NCBI GenBank assembly: GCA_944323145.1
Contig: CALURJ010000008.1
Location: forward strand, 10,727-74,726
Direction: 5' to 3'
DNA from: Candidatus Gastranaerophilales bacterium
GTDB taxonomy: Bacteria; Cyanobacteriota; Vampirovibrionia; Gastranaerophilales; Gastranaerophilaceae
DNA: 64,000 nucleotides
The translations under genes were made by a program, and so were the position numbers. Shown one piece after another: positions 1-9,860 of the stretch (the first letter of the stretch is position 1; each line of letters starts with the position of its first letter). Under the pieces are notes generated by a model. That model did no database searches and was not told the origin of the DNA. It was given only the letters and a program-made list of their open reading frames with translations.

Positions 1-44
1 GCCGCAGTATTTATGGCAAATACTGTTAAAGAAAAGGTTTAATA

Positions 45-1448
45 ATGGTAGAAAATAAAAAAAAGATTTTATTAATTTATCCGCCGTCGCCTGTTTTGAA
101 CAGGGAAGACCGCTGTCAGCAGCCGACAAGAGATTTGATTGTAATTCCTCCTTTGCCGCCGACTGATTTGATGTATCTGGCAGCTGTTGCTGAAAAAGAA
201 GGGTTTGAGGCTAAAATTCATGATTACAGTCAGGGTGGGAACTTTGAAAATGATTTGAAAGAGTTTAAGCCGGACTACCTTGTTGTAAATATTGCAACCC
301 CTACTCTTGAACATGATTTGGAGACTGTAAAAAAGGCAAAAGAAATTTGTCCGGATATTATTACAATTGCCAAAGGAGCTGCCTTCTTAACCCTTGCTAA
401 CCGTATAATGTCGGAACATGATGCTCTGGACTTTGGTATTCTTGGAGAGGCTGAACAGACACTTAAAGAAATTCTTCAAAATAGAGAAAAAGAAAGTATT
501 TTAGGGATTTATTATAAAGAAAATAATGAAATTAAATTTACAGGGAACAGACCATTTATAGAAGATTTGGACTCCTTGCCTTTCCCTGCTCGGCATCTTG
601 TAGACAATAATATTTACAGGCGTCCTGATAATAATAAGGTTCAGGCAACAATAAAAGTTTCGAGAGGATGTCCTTTTCATTGCTTTTTCTGTCTGGCAAC
701 TCCTGTTTCCGGAGCAAAAGTAAGGCGTAGAAGTCCTGAAAATATAGTTGCGGAGATAAAAGAGTGTGTTGAACAATATAATATAACGAATTTTCTTTTC
801 TGGTCGGATATATTTAATCTGGATAAAAAATGGACCATGGATTTATGTCAGGCTATAATTGACAGCGGTTTAAAAATTACCTGGTCTGCAAATACCAGAG
901 CTGATACGGCTGATTTAGAGATGGCTAAGATGATGTACAAATCCGGCTGTCGTTTGGTAAGTATTGGAGTAGAAAGCGGTTCTCAATATATGCTTGAAAA
1001 GATGGGTAAAAAAATTACCCTCGATGATGTTAGAAGAACGGTTAAGGTATTTAAACAGGCAAAAATAAGAATTTATAACTATTTTGTAATAGGTTTACCT
1101 TGGGAAACAGAAGAAACCGCAGAAGAAACCATTCGTTTTGCAATAGAACTTGACAGTGATTTTATAAGTTTTTATACTGCAACTCCGCTTCCGGGGTCTA
1201 GATTTTATGATTATGCAGAGGAACATAATCTTTTTGATAAAGATACTTCTTTTGAAAATGCTTATTATTATCCTGCTGTAAATACTCATCATTTGACGCG
1301 TGAGAGAGTATTTGAACTTCATAAATCCGCTATCAAGCGTTTTTACCTGAGGCCTTTGTATATTTTGAAAATGCTTTCAAGGATACGTTCTTTTGAAGAA
1401 GTTAAAAACTACTTTATAGCCGGAATGAATGTCTTGTTAAGAAAATAG
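45..1448 (+). CDS. B12-binding-domain radical SAM protein
   Basis: 467-aa ORF. Has the CxxxCxxC radical-SAM motif (SRGCPFHCFFC) after an N-terminal B12-binding-like Rossmann region, plus ELP3-like core motifs (GVESGS). Confidence 0.8.
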   Translation: MVENKKKILLIYPPSPVLNREDRCQQPTRDLIVIPPLPPTDLMYLAAVAEKEGFEAKIHDYSQGGNFENDLKEFKPDYLVVNIATPTLEHDLETVKKAKEICPDIITIAKGAAFLTLANRIMSEHDALDFGILGEAEQTLKEILQNREKESILGIYYKENNEIKFTGNRPFIEDLDSLPFPARHLVDNNIYRRPDNNKVQATIKVSRGCPFHCFFCLATPVSGAKVRRRSPENIVAEIKECVEQYNITNFLFWSDIFNLDKKWTMDLCQAIIDSGLKITWSANTRADTADLEMAKMMYKSGCRLVSIGVESGSQYMLEKMGKKITLDDVRRTVKVFKQAKIRIYNYFVIGLPWETEETAEETIRFAIELDSDFISFYTATPLPGSRFYDYAEEHNLFDKDTSFENAYYYPAVNTHHLTRERVFELHKSAIKRFYLRPLYILKMLSRIRSFEEVKNYFIAGMNVLLRK

Positions 1449-1451
1449 TTT

Positions 1452-1500
1452 TTTATAAAACATAAACTCCTCTTTTTTAGAGGAGTTTATGTTTTATAAA
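1452..1500. terminator. Bidirectional intrinsic terminator between convergent genes
   Basis: Perfect ~21-bp inverted repeat (tttataaaacataaactcctc / gaggagtttatgttttataaa) around a T-rich loop, flanked by T and A runs. Confidence 0.7.
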
Positions 1501-1516
1501 GATTATGAATTTTAGT

Positions 1517-2149
1517 CTAAATATTAAGGATAAACCCGCCTTTGTCAGCATTTTCAAGCTTGTCGCCTTCGATTTTAGCTCTGAGATTTTTAATGTATTT
1601 GTAAACATAATCTCTTGGTAAATCAAGAAGTGCCGCAAGATCTTTTGCGTAGACGATTTTACCTTTATTTTTTGCAAAGTGATCGAAAACTTTTTGTTCT
1701 CTGTCCGTTAAAGCTTTTTTAAATACAATTCTTACTTCATCTCTAAGATTATCCACCGGTTCTTTACTTGCTGCTTTTTTTACACTTTTAGGAGCTGCTG
1801 TTTTTTTAGCGGCCGGTTTCTTTTTAGGTTGCACTTTTTCTTGTTTTTGGGGTTGTTCAGGAGCCTCGTCTGCAATAAGTTTATGTATGGAGAACGGACT
1901 CGGAGCAATTTCTCTTTCGCGTTCATATCCGCGTTCTGCAATTGCGCTGAGCCTTTCAGCGTGGGGTTGTTTCCATTCGTCTTCTGATGAAACAACGGGT
2001 TTTCCTTTTAAAACTATATCTATTAAATCATTTGTAGGCTTAGCCTCTTCAATTTTTTTCCCTAATCTGGCAGCATATTCTTCTAATGTAATCTTTTCTA
2101 ATGAACTTCTCCATTGCTTAATCTCTTCCTTGCTCAGATATTCAGACAT
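1517..2149 (-). CDS. Hypothetical DNA-binding protein (C-terminal HTH, K/P/A-rich linker)
   Basis: 210-aa ORF. The C-terminus LTDREQKVFDHF...IVYAKDLAALLDLPRDYVYKYIKNLRAKI looks like a sigma-70 region 4/LuxR-type HTH. The central KKKPAAKKTAAPKSVKKAASK segment is low complexity. Confidence 0.45.
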   Translation of the reverse strand: MSEYLSKEEIKQWRSSLEKITLEEYAARLGKKIEEAKPTNDLIDIVLKGKPVVSSEDEWKQPHAERLSAIAERGYEREREIAPSPFSIHKLIADEAPEQPQKQEKVQPKKKPAAKKTAAPKSVKKAASKEPVDNLRDEVRIVFKKALTDREQKVFDHFAKNKGKIVYAKDLAALLDLPRDYVYKYIKNLRAKIEGDKLENADKGGFILNI

Positions 2150-2258
2150 TCATTAATCTCCTATAAACTATATATGTGTCTCTTTACTTTTATAATTTAG
2201 CATAAACCATGCCTTATGGTTCAAAATGTTTCATAACGTAAATTTTTGTTTTCATAAT

Positions 2259-2288
2259 TTAACATAAGATTGATAAATAAGTTATACT
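2259..2288 (+). promoter_or_regulatory. Candidate sigma70 promoter of pilin-like locus A
   Basis: TTAACA (2259-2264), 18-bp spacer, TATACT (2283-2288), just upstream of RBS AAGGAGAGG (2297-2305) and ATG 2310. Confidence 0.3.
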
Positions 2289-2339
2289 AAAGATATAAGG
2301 AGAGGTTTTATGAAAAAATTTAGATTATTAGTGAACTTC

Positions 2340-2349
2340 GGGGGGGGGG
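2340..2349 (+). repeat. G10 homopolymer tract (candidate slipped-strand phase-variation site)
   Basis: Ten consecutive G, 30 nt after ATG 2310. G11 or G8 would fuse the ATG to the pilin frame. G10 gives a stop at 2355. Confidence 0.8.
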
Positions 2350-2587
2350 CACTTTAGGCTCTGCCGGAGGCTCAGAGGTTAAGAGGTCAGGAAGGCAAGC
2401 AGTTATCTGCGTGCATAGCACGCAAAAAAATAAATTCCTTCCCTTATTAGGGAAGGTTTGGCAGGGTTTCAATTATGCTGTTTTTCTACCCACCCCTAAC
2501 TTCTATGTTATAAAGAAGTGGATGAGTAATTCATTGAAACGAACTTCTCGTCCTAACGTCTTATCGTCTTACCGCCCCAAAAAATGT
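2350..2587 (+). repeat. Leader cassette copy A (8-nt purine array, two GC hairpins, 8-nt array)
   Basis: Array ggaggctc/agaggtta/agaggtca/ggaaggca (2366-2406). Hairpins gcgtgc-ata-gcacgc (2409-2423) and ccttccc-ttatta-gggaagg (2437-2456). Array cgtcctaa/cgtcttat/cgtcttac (2545-2578). Shares modules with copies B and C. Confidence 0.6.
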
Positions 2588-3363
2588 GCGTTTACTTTGG
2601 CAGAAGTTTTAATCACCCTTGGCATTATCGGAGTAGTTTCTGTACTTGTATTATCGAGTGTAATCCCTTCAATTCAGGACAAACAAAATATCGCCAAATG
2701 GAAAAAAGAATATTCTGTCATAAATAATGCCTTTAATGCAGTGTTAGCAAAAGATGTAACAATATATGATCAGGGAGGATATACAGATGAATTTGTTGAT
2801 GCTTTTCAAAAGGAATTACGTATAGTTGATTACTGCGGTATTAGTGCGGATGATGTTCCATCAGATAAAATATGTGATAATTTTAATACATATAAAAACG
2901 TGAAATACAAGTGGTCAGGGGTTGCAAATATCTATTCCCGTTACAAAGCTCTGGGAGTAAGAACAGAATCGAATCCCGGCAGTTATTCCCCTTATGGGAT
3001 CCAGGCATATAACTTTAGCAGACTTGCCCTTCTATTAAATGATGGAGCAGTAATATATTTAGGTGAAAGTCATGGTGGCCCTTGGATAGTCGTTGATGTA
3101 AATAATTTTAATAAAGGCCAAATGAATTCGGTCGTGATGTATTTGTAATCCATGTATCCTCTAACATATCGATAGGTAGATATAACCTTCAGGCAATGGG
3201 TGCTGAAGGTACGTATAACAAAGCCTCGAATGGAGATATTTGTGAGTGTTCCAAAGATAAAGGAAAAAAGTCTGCAACTTATATAGGTGATGCGGCGGGT
3301 TCAAATGGTGAAGTAATCTCCGGTGCCTGCTGTTCCGCTAAATATCTTCTTGAATAAGTTATT

Positions 3364-4035
3364 TTAATATAACACTCCAGAATCAAGAATTTTCTGAACT
3401 TCGTGATTCATGATGGAATGAATTTCATCTATTGATTTGGTACCGTCAATACTGATGAAATTGTATTCAGATTTCATTTTTTCGTATTGTTCAAGACATT
3501 TGTCCTGATATATTTCAAAACTTTTGTAAAAGTCTGATGAAAAACCGACATCACGACCGCTTTCATAATAATTTAAGCCTGTTGTACCGATAATCCTTTT
3601 CAGTAGAACATCTACAGGCATATCAAGATAAAAAATCAAGTCGGGTTCAGGTGCATAGTCATATAGATTTTTTACCCATTCAATATCCTGTCCTCTTACA
3701 ACATCACGGGCTAGAGCAGTATAATAATATCTGTCTAAAAGCACAATAAAGCCTGATTTTAGAGCAGGAATAATTGTGTTTTCAAGTCTGTCGGCAAAAT
3801 CCGCGGCATAAAGCAGGCTGTAAGTTGTGGCATTAAGTAAATTTCTTTCCTTTGCATCATCAATAACATTTGCAATCAAACGTGATGTCTTCCACTCAGA
3901 TATTATGACGCCGTATGACTGTGCTTGAATAGATTTCTTTAAAAGCTGCAGCTGTGTTGATTTACCGGATCCGTCAGTTCCTTCTATAACAATAAGCAAA
4001 CCTTCATATCCATGTTTTGTTTTGAATTGTGTCAT
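3364..4035 (-). CDS. Thymidylate kinase-like P-loop kinase (paralog 2)
   Basis: 223 aa. P-loop IEGTDGSGKST and DRY motif (LLDRYYYTALARD). Its start overlaps the upstream stop by 1 nt (TAATG at 4035). Confidence 0.75.
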   Translation of the reverse strand: MTQFKTKHGYEGLLIVIEGTDGSGKSTQLQLLKKSIQAQSYGVIISEWKTSRLIANVIDDAKERNLLNATTYSLLYAADFADRLENTIIPALKSGFIVLLDRYYYTALARDVVRGQDIEWVKNLYDYAPEPDLIFYLDMPVDVLLKRIIGTTGLNYYESGRDVGFSSDFYKSFEIYQDKCLEQYEKMKSEYNFISIDGTKSIDEIHSIMNHEVQKILDSGVLY

Positions 4036-4709
4036 TATATGTTTACTCCTTTGTTATTTAGAACACTTTTAAGCATTTCTCTTATCCTTACCTGTTTGGA
4101 ATGTATTGAATCCATAGCATCGAGTTTGACCAGTCCGAATTCATCTACCATTTTTTGATATTCATTTATTACTCTGCCCTGAAAGATTATATAACTTTCA
4201 TAAGGGTCATTACTTAATTTTAAATCCATTCCGGCTTCGTAAAATTTTGGCGCACGATTTGAACAAATCCTTTCCATAGCATCTTTGGGAGCGATGTCAA
4301 AATAAATAGCTAAATCCGGCTTTATTGCAAAATTATAAACATTTCTAACCCATTGCGGATCAACACCTCTTGCAACATCTCTTGCAAAAGCCGTATAAGC
4401 GTATCTGTCGGCTAAAACAATAAAACCTGCTTTCAGAGCCGGATCAATAACCTGTTTCAGTCTGTCTGCAAAGTCAACTGCGTGCAAAAGAGAAAAAGTC
4501 CGCGGGGATAACATATTTTTCTTTTTTGCAAGTTTTGTTGTCTGACATATTAATTCCGAGGAGTTCCATTCGGTAAAAATAACGTCGTGTCCTGTAGATT
4601 TCAGCCAGTCACGTAAAAGAGCTAACTGTGTAGATTTTCCGGAACCGTCAATCCCTTCAACACAGACTAAAGTGCCTTTATAATTATGCTGCTCAGTTAA
4701 CTTGGACAC
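4035..4709 (-). CDS. Thymidylate kinase-like P-loop kinase (paralog 1)
   Basis: 224 aa. P-loop VEGIDGSGKST and DRY motif (LADRYAYTAFARD). Clearly paralogous to the downstream ORF. Confidence 0.75.
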   Translation of the reverse strand: MSKLTEQHNYKGTLVCVEGIDGSGKSTQLALLRDWLKSTGHDVIFTEWNSSELICQTTKLAKKKNMLSPRTFSLLHAVDFADRLKQVIDPALKAGFIVLADRYAYTAFARDVARGVDPQWVRNVYNFAIKPDLAIYFDIAPKDAMERICSNRAPKFYEAGMDLKLSNDPYESYIIFQGRVINEYQKMVDEFGLVKLDAMDSIHSKQVRIREMLKSVLNNKGVNI

Positions 4710-4712
4710 GTT

Positions 4713-5555
4713 TTACACTCCTTTTTCTTCTAACAGGTGTACATTAATTTTTCCGAATTTTGCTGACAGATTATCTATCAAATGTATAAAGTAAAGTTCT
4801 GGTTCCAAATCTTTCCCGTCAAGATCTATAATTGCCCCCCAGTCGCTTCTTCCATGGTGTGCAGCAATCATTTTTGCAACTTCTTTAAATCCCTGCGTCA
4901 TACAAATGGAAAATCCGTACTGCGAATGTGTAAGCCATTCTTTTCTGAATTTTTCATCATAATCAATTAATCCGGTTTCTAAATCAATTGTGTATTCAAA
5001 TATTTTGCCGATATCATGAAGCATACAGGCTGCTATAATATGGTCGCGGTTGAATTTGTAGTCCGACAATTCCATATTTGTTTCTGCATATCGCAGACAC
5101 TCAAGCGTATGAACCATAAGCCCGCCGATGTAGTTGTGGTGCATAAGTTTTGCAGCCGGCATTATTTTAATTCTGTCTTTGTGTTCTGCAAAGTAACTTG
5201 CAAGAAACGCATTGAGTTTTTCATCCTTGATTGTATCAATATAAGAAATTAATTCTGCATAAACCTTTTCCCGTTCTGTTTCATCAAGGCCGGTTTTGGC
5301 TTCTTTTATCAGTTCAAGAGATGAAACAAGACAGTTATTGTAGCGTTCATTGAATGATGCCGTTACAATTCTGACAATATTTCCTGTTCTGAAAATTTTA
5401 CTGTCATAGCGGTTTAATGTTTCTTCCCACAAAATACAGTTTAAAACGGAATCGTCTTCAAGATTTTTTAGTTGAAGTTTTCCCATTTTTGTTCCTGCTT
5501 TTGTATCTCCTATTGAAAATACTACTATTTCATAATTTGTATCTTTGCTGAACAT
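4713..5555 (-). CDS. YhaM-like OB-fold plus HD-domain 3'-5' exonuclease/phosphohydrolase
   Basis: 280 aa. N-terminal OB-like region, then PAAKLMHHNYIGGLMVHTLE, HDIGK, AAHHGRSDWGA and IHLIDNLSAKF, matching the YhaM/Cbf1 motif order. RBS GGAG before the ATG. Confidence 0.7.
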   Translation of the reverse strand: MFSKDTNYEIVVFSIGDTKAGTKMGKLQLKNLEDDSVLNCILWEETLNRYDSKIFRTGNIVRIVTASFNERYNNCLVSSLELIKEAKTGLDETEREKVYAELISYIDTIKDEKLNAFLASYFAEHKDRIKIMPAAKLMHHNYIGGLMVHTLECLRYAETNMELSDYKFNRDHIIAACMLHDIGKIFEYTIDLETGLIDYDEKFRKEWLTHSQYGFSICMTQGFKEVAKMIAAHHGRSDWGAIIDLDGKDLEPELYFIHLIDNLSAKFGKINVHLLEEKGV

Positions 5556-5589
5556 TTTTACTCCGTTTAGAAGTTTGTGATGAGATTAA

Positions 5590-6687
<1,098 letters not shown>

Positions 6688-6730
6688 TCAATACGTTTAT
6701 TTTATCACAAATAAAATAAACAAAAATAAA

Positions 6731-7717
6731 TTAATTTGAGGCGAGTTCATTTTCTCCGAATAAAAATACCTGTAATGCATTTTCAGTCTGTTTTACAGGT
6801 TTGTAAAAGTCTTTTACAAGAACGCACTGGGTTTGAATGCAGTTTAAGTTTCTTTCATGCAGATATTTTTCGAGGATATCTGCATTTTTTGTGTACTGGC
6901 GGTGTTTTAAAAACGCATAAAATTTGGTTTTCTTTCTTGAAATTTCTCCGAGAGCAAAATTAATAATTTCATCATACGGGATATTGTAACCGTCATTCAA
7001 GGACATATCAATTATAAAATTGAAATTATCGGATGTGGTTATTGAGAGGTATGCGATAATCCGATGTGTACTCTCATCTTCCAGAACATATCTGTTTTTG
7101 TAAAAATTAGTCATACCTGCAAACACAGGTTCTTTGTATTCGTCCTTTGCTCGTTCCAGTGAGGGTTTATAAAGGTTGTTAAGCTCATTATTATATAGAG
7201 CGGCAACCTGAATTGCATCGGAGTTCTGGCAATATCTGAAGTCTGCTTTTTTATCTGTCAGCGGGGTGAAATTGTCAAGCTTCCATAAATTTTCGTAACT
7301 GCATTGTCTGAAACCGCAGCCTTTCATAAATAAATCCAGTAACTCATCATGCGATTGATCTACAGTAACGTTAAAGGAAGATGCTCCTTTAGCGCCGAGT
7401 CTTGCTATAACAAAATCAATTAGTCGTTTGCCTACATCGTAAAGGTTCTGCCTGAAAATAAGCCTTGTTATATTGATTTTATAAGGATTTCCGCTAGTCG
7501 GAACAACTGTAATAAGTCCGAGTATTTCTTTATTTTCAAGTAAAATAAAGGATACAGGCATAAATTTGTATTTGAGCGGGAGTAAATCCTGAAGCATTAT
7601 GAAAGCTTCATTTGTCAGTGCTTTCGAAAACTTTTCTCCATCGTCATTCCCGAGATATGAAATCATTTTTTTTATTTTAGATACATCAAAACAATTTAAT
7701 CTTCTAATGACAGTCAT
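6731..7717 (-). CDS. GNAT-like acetyltransferase family protein (tentative)
   Basis: 328 aa. The segment GLITVVP...RQNLYDVGKRLIDFVIARLGAKGASSFNVTV...LFMKCGF resembles a GNAT core. No precise family recognised. Confidence 0.4.
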   Translation of the reverse strand: MTVIRRLNCFDVSKIKKMISYLGNDDGEKFSKALTNEAFIMLQDLLPLKYKFMPVSFILLENKEILGLITVVPTSGNPYKINITRLIFRQNLYDVGKRLIDFVIARLGAKGASSFNVTVDQSHDELLDLFMKGCGFRQCSYENLWKLDNFTPLTDKKADFRYCQNSDAIQVAALYNNELNNLYKPSLERAKDEYKEPVFAGMTNFYKNRYVLEDESTHRIIAYLSITTSDNFNFIIDMSLNDGYNIPYDEIINFALGEISRKKTKFYAFLKHRQYTKNADILEKYLHERNLNCIQTQCVLVKDFYKPVKQTENALQVFLFGENELASN

Positions 7718-7784
7718 ACACTTATTATATAATTTATTTTTATTCTTTTCAAGTTTGTGTTAATATTTTTTTGCGAGGCTGAAT

Positions 7785-8780
7785 ATGAGAATAGCAGTTG
7801 TTGAAAATGGCAAAATTGCTGTAAGAGAAACAGAGAATTTAAAACTTGAAAATAATAAAAAAGGTGCACTTGTAAAAGTTCTGGGCTGCGGTTTGTGCGG
7901 TTCGGATATTGTAAAACTTGTTCATAAAATTTCAAAAGACGGGACTGTTTTAGGTCACGAGATAGTTGCCGAAATTGTTGAGATAAATTCGGAAACGTCA
8001 TTCAAAAAGTGTGATGTAATTGTTACATCGCACCATATTCCCTGCGGTGAATGTGTTTATTGTCTGCACGGCAATGTTTCTATGTGCAGACATTTTAAAG
8101 AAACTAACCTTGTACCGGGCGGTTTCTCAGAGTATGTTTATTTAAGTGAAGAACATTTAAAAAATGTTGCGCACTTAAAACCTGAAAATTTAACAAATAT
8201 TGAAGCATCTTTTTATGAACCTTTAGGCTGTATCGTAAGAGCTGTGAAACGTGCGAATTTACTGAAAAATGATACTGCTCTTGTCGTCGGGTTAGGCTCT
8301 ATCGGGATTTTGACGGCACAGGCTTTAAAAGCTTTCGGATATAATGTTATCGGTTGTGATCTTCTGGCTGAGCGTATTGAGTTTTTAAAATCATTAGGTA
8401 TAGAAGCTTTTGATGTCAGACAGCTGCCTGATGATTTAAAAGCGGACGGCATTTTTATGACGTCAGGTGCGGATAAAGCTATTGATACTGCCTTAAAGTA
8501 TGTCAGAAACGGCGGTAAAATTCTTGTTTTTTCAAGCACTCCTTCAGATTTATCTGCTTATCCGAATAATGAAATTTATTACAGGGAATTGACTGTGCTT
8601 GGAAGTTATTCTCCTTCTCCTGCGGATTTGAGAGAGTCTCTTGAATTGCTAAAAGCGGGTAAAGTAAAAGTTAAAGGAATTTCAACAGAATATAAGCTTG
8701 ATGATATTCAGAAGGCTTTTGACGATACAATATCAAATAAAATTATGAAAGCATATATAAAAGTGAGTAGTGATAATTGA
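7785..8780 (+). CDS. Zinc-dependent alcohol dehydrogenase family (MDR) protein
   Basis: 331 aa. GCGLCGSDI...GHEIVAEIVEI catalytic zinc motif, structural-zinc cysteines CGECVYCLHGNVSMC, and GLGSIG Rossmann motif. Confidence 0.8.
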   Translation: MRIAVVENGKIAVRETENLKLENNKKGALVKVLGCGLCGSDIVKLVHKISKDGTVLGHEIVAEIVEINSETSFKKCDVIVTSHHIPCGECVYCLHGNVSMCRHFKETNLVPGGFSEYVYLSEEHLKNVAHLKPENLTNIEASFYEPLGCIVRAVKRANLLKNDTALVVGLGSIGILTAQALKAFGYNVIGCDLLAERIEFLKSLGIEAFDVRQLPDDLKADGIFMTSGADKAIDTALKYVRNGGKILVFSSTPSDLSAYPNNEIYYRELTVLGSYSPSPADLRESLELLKAGKVKVKGISTEYKLDDIQKAFDDTISNKIMKAYIKVSSDN

Positions 8781-8806
8781 AAAAGTGAAGGGTTGAGTGA
8801 AAGATT

Positions 8807-9847
8807 ATGCGCGCTATACAATATTATGGTCCAAGTGACATAAAATTAGAAGAAGTTATGGTAAAACCTCCTGAAGAAGGAGAAGTTGTCGTAAAAATTA
8901 TGTCTGCTTTGACTTGCGGAACAGATGTAAAAACGTTTCGCCGCGGTCATCCCGTACTTATAAAATCAGTGCCGTCAGGTTTCGGGCATGAGTTTGCAGG
9001 GGTTGTGGAACAGGTTGGCAAGGGGGTTGAGAATTTTAAACCGGGTGATAGAGTTGTTGCGGCAAATTCTGCACCTTGCGGGCATTGTTTTTTCTGTAAA
9101 CGAGAAGAATATAATCTTTGTGAAAATCTTGATTTGCTAAATGGAGCGTATGCACAGTATATTACTGTTCCTGCAAGAATTGTCAAAAAGAATATGCTGA
9201 TTTTGCCGGATGATTTGAGCTTTGATAAAGCTGCTTTTTGTGAACCTCTGGCAAATGTTGTTCACGGTGTTGAAAGAACCGGTATTAAAAAAGGCCAGAC
9301 AGTAGGAATTATCGGTATAGGGCCTATTGGCTTGATGTTTGCGCGGCTTGCGAAGCTTAAAGGTGCAAATGTTATTGTCGCAGGCAGAAATCCGATAAAA
9401 TTAAAGGCTGCAGAAGAATTTGCTTATGCAGACGAGATAGTTGATTTAACTAAATACACAAATCCTGAAAAAATATTAAGGGAATATACGGATGAGCGCA
9501 GAGGACTTGATGTCGCGGTTGAATGTGTAGGACTTCCTGAAATTTGGGAGAGAATATTTTCCTGTGTTCGTCCGGGCGGTACGGTTCACTTTTTCGGCGG
9601 GTGTAAATCAGGTTCTACGGTAACTTTTGATACTACAAAAATGCACTATGGCGATATAACGCTTATGAGTGTATTCCATCATACTCCTAAATATTTCAGG
9701 ATGGCTCTTGATTACATTGCATCAGGTGAGCTTGAAGTTGAAAAACTCATTACTGCTACTTTACCGCTTGAAAAAGTTGAATGGGCTATGAAGCAGCATA
9801 TAGAAGGAAAAGCAATTAAATTTTTAATAAAACCATGGTTAGAGTAA
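8807..9847 (+). CDS. Zinc-dependent alcohol/polyol dehydrogenase family (MDR) protein
   Basis: 346 aa. CGTDV...GHEFAGVVEQVG, CGHCFFCKREEYNLC and GIGPIG motifs. Tandem to a paralogous MDR gene. Confidence 0.8.
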   Translation: MRAIQYYGPSDIKLEEVMVKPPEEGEVVVKIMSALTCGTDVKTFRRGHPVLIKSVPSGFGHEFAGVVEQVGKGVENFKPGDRVVAANSAPCGHCFFCKREEYNLCENLDLLNGAYAQYITVPARIVKKNMLILPDDLSFDKAAFCEPLANVVHGVERTGIKKGQTVGIIGIGPIGLMFARLAKLKGANVIVAGRNPIKLKAAEEFAYADEIVDLTKYTNPEKILREYTDERRGLDVAVECVGLPEIWERIFSCVRPGGTVHFFGGCKSGSTVTFDTTKMHYGDITLMSVFHHTPKYFRMALDYIASGELEVEKLITATLPLEKVEWAMKQHIEGKAIKFLIKPWLE

Positions 9848-9860
9848 ATATAGTATAATT

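Larger units (their letters stand above)
2310..3357 (+). pseudogene. Pilin-like gene A (prepilin-type N-terminal motif), phase-OFF and frameshifted
   Basis: The RBS plus ATG 2310 frame runs through a G10 tract and hits TAG at 2355. The pilin frame (track ORF 2411..3148) is open from 2324 and contains KKCAFTLAEVLITLGIIGVV. A second -1 shift near 3117-3121 (GGCC|AAAT) breaks the conserved KGPNxxGxDxF motif. The C-terminus (PNEFGRDVFVIHVSS...GACCSAKYLLE*) continues in another frame to 3357 and aligns with pilin-like gene B. Confidence 0.6.

Noticed and set aside
72-1322. Minus-strand ORFs 72..314, 501..776 and 1095..1322. The same applies to the many similar antisense or overlapping ORFs in the track, for example 1780..1995, 4782..5252, 8213..8539, 10625..10959, 25017..26618, 35024..35481 and 49524..49781.
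   Set aside because: They lie entirely inside longer ORFs that have clear family motifs on the other strand or in another frame. They have low-complexity, stop-poor compositions typical of shadow ORFs, and they lack RBSs.
2340-2349. Treating the homopolymer tracts as proven phase-variation switches.
   Set aside because: Length variation cannot be shown from a single assembled sequence. Tracts of 10 G/C are also prime sites of sequencing and assembly error, as is the CC/CCC site at about 3118. The idea is reported as a hypothesis only.
2411-3148. The track's GTG 2411 as the start of pilin-like ORF A, and ATG 30020 as the start of pilin-like ORF B.
   Set aside because: Neither has an SD. ATG 30020 lies inside the upstream terminator hairpin and upstream of the predicted -35 box. 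Strong RBS plus ATG combinations exist at 2310 and 29927. The ORF-track starts are simply the first Met-like codon after a stop.
7785-9847. The two tandem Zn-dependent dehydrogenases, together with the GNAT-like gene, as a novel biosynthetic cluster.
   Set aside because: They are ordinary MDR-family paralogs with intact motifs. There are no accompanying tailoring, transport or regulatory genes, so nothing beyond routine metabolism is supported.
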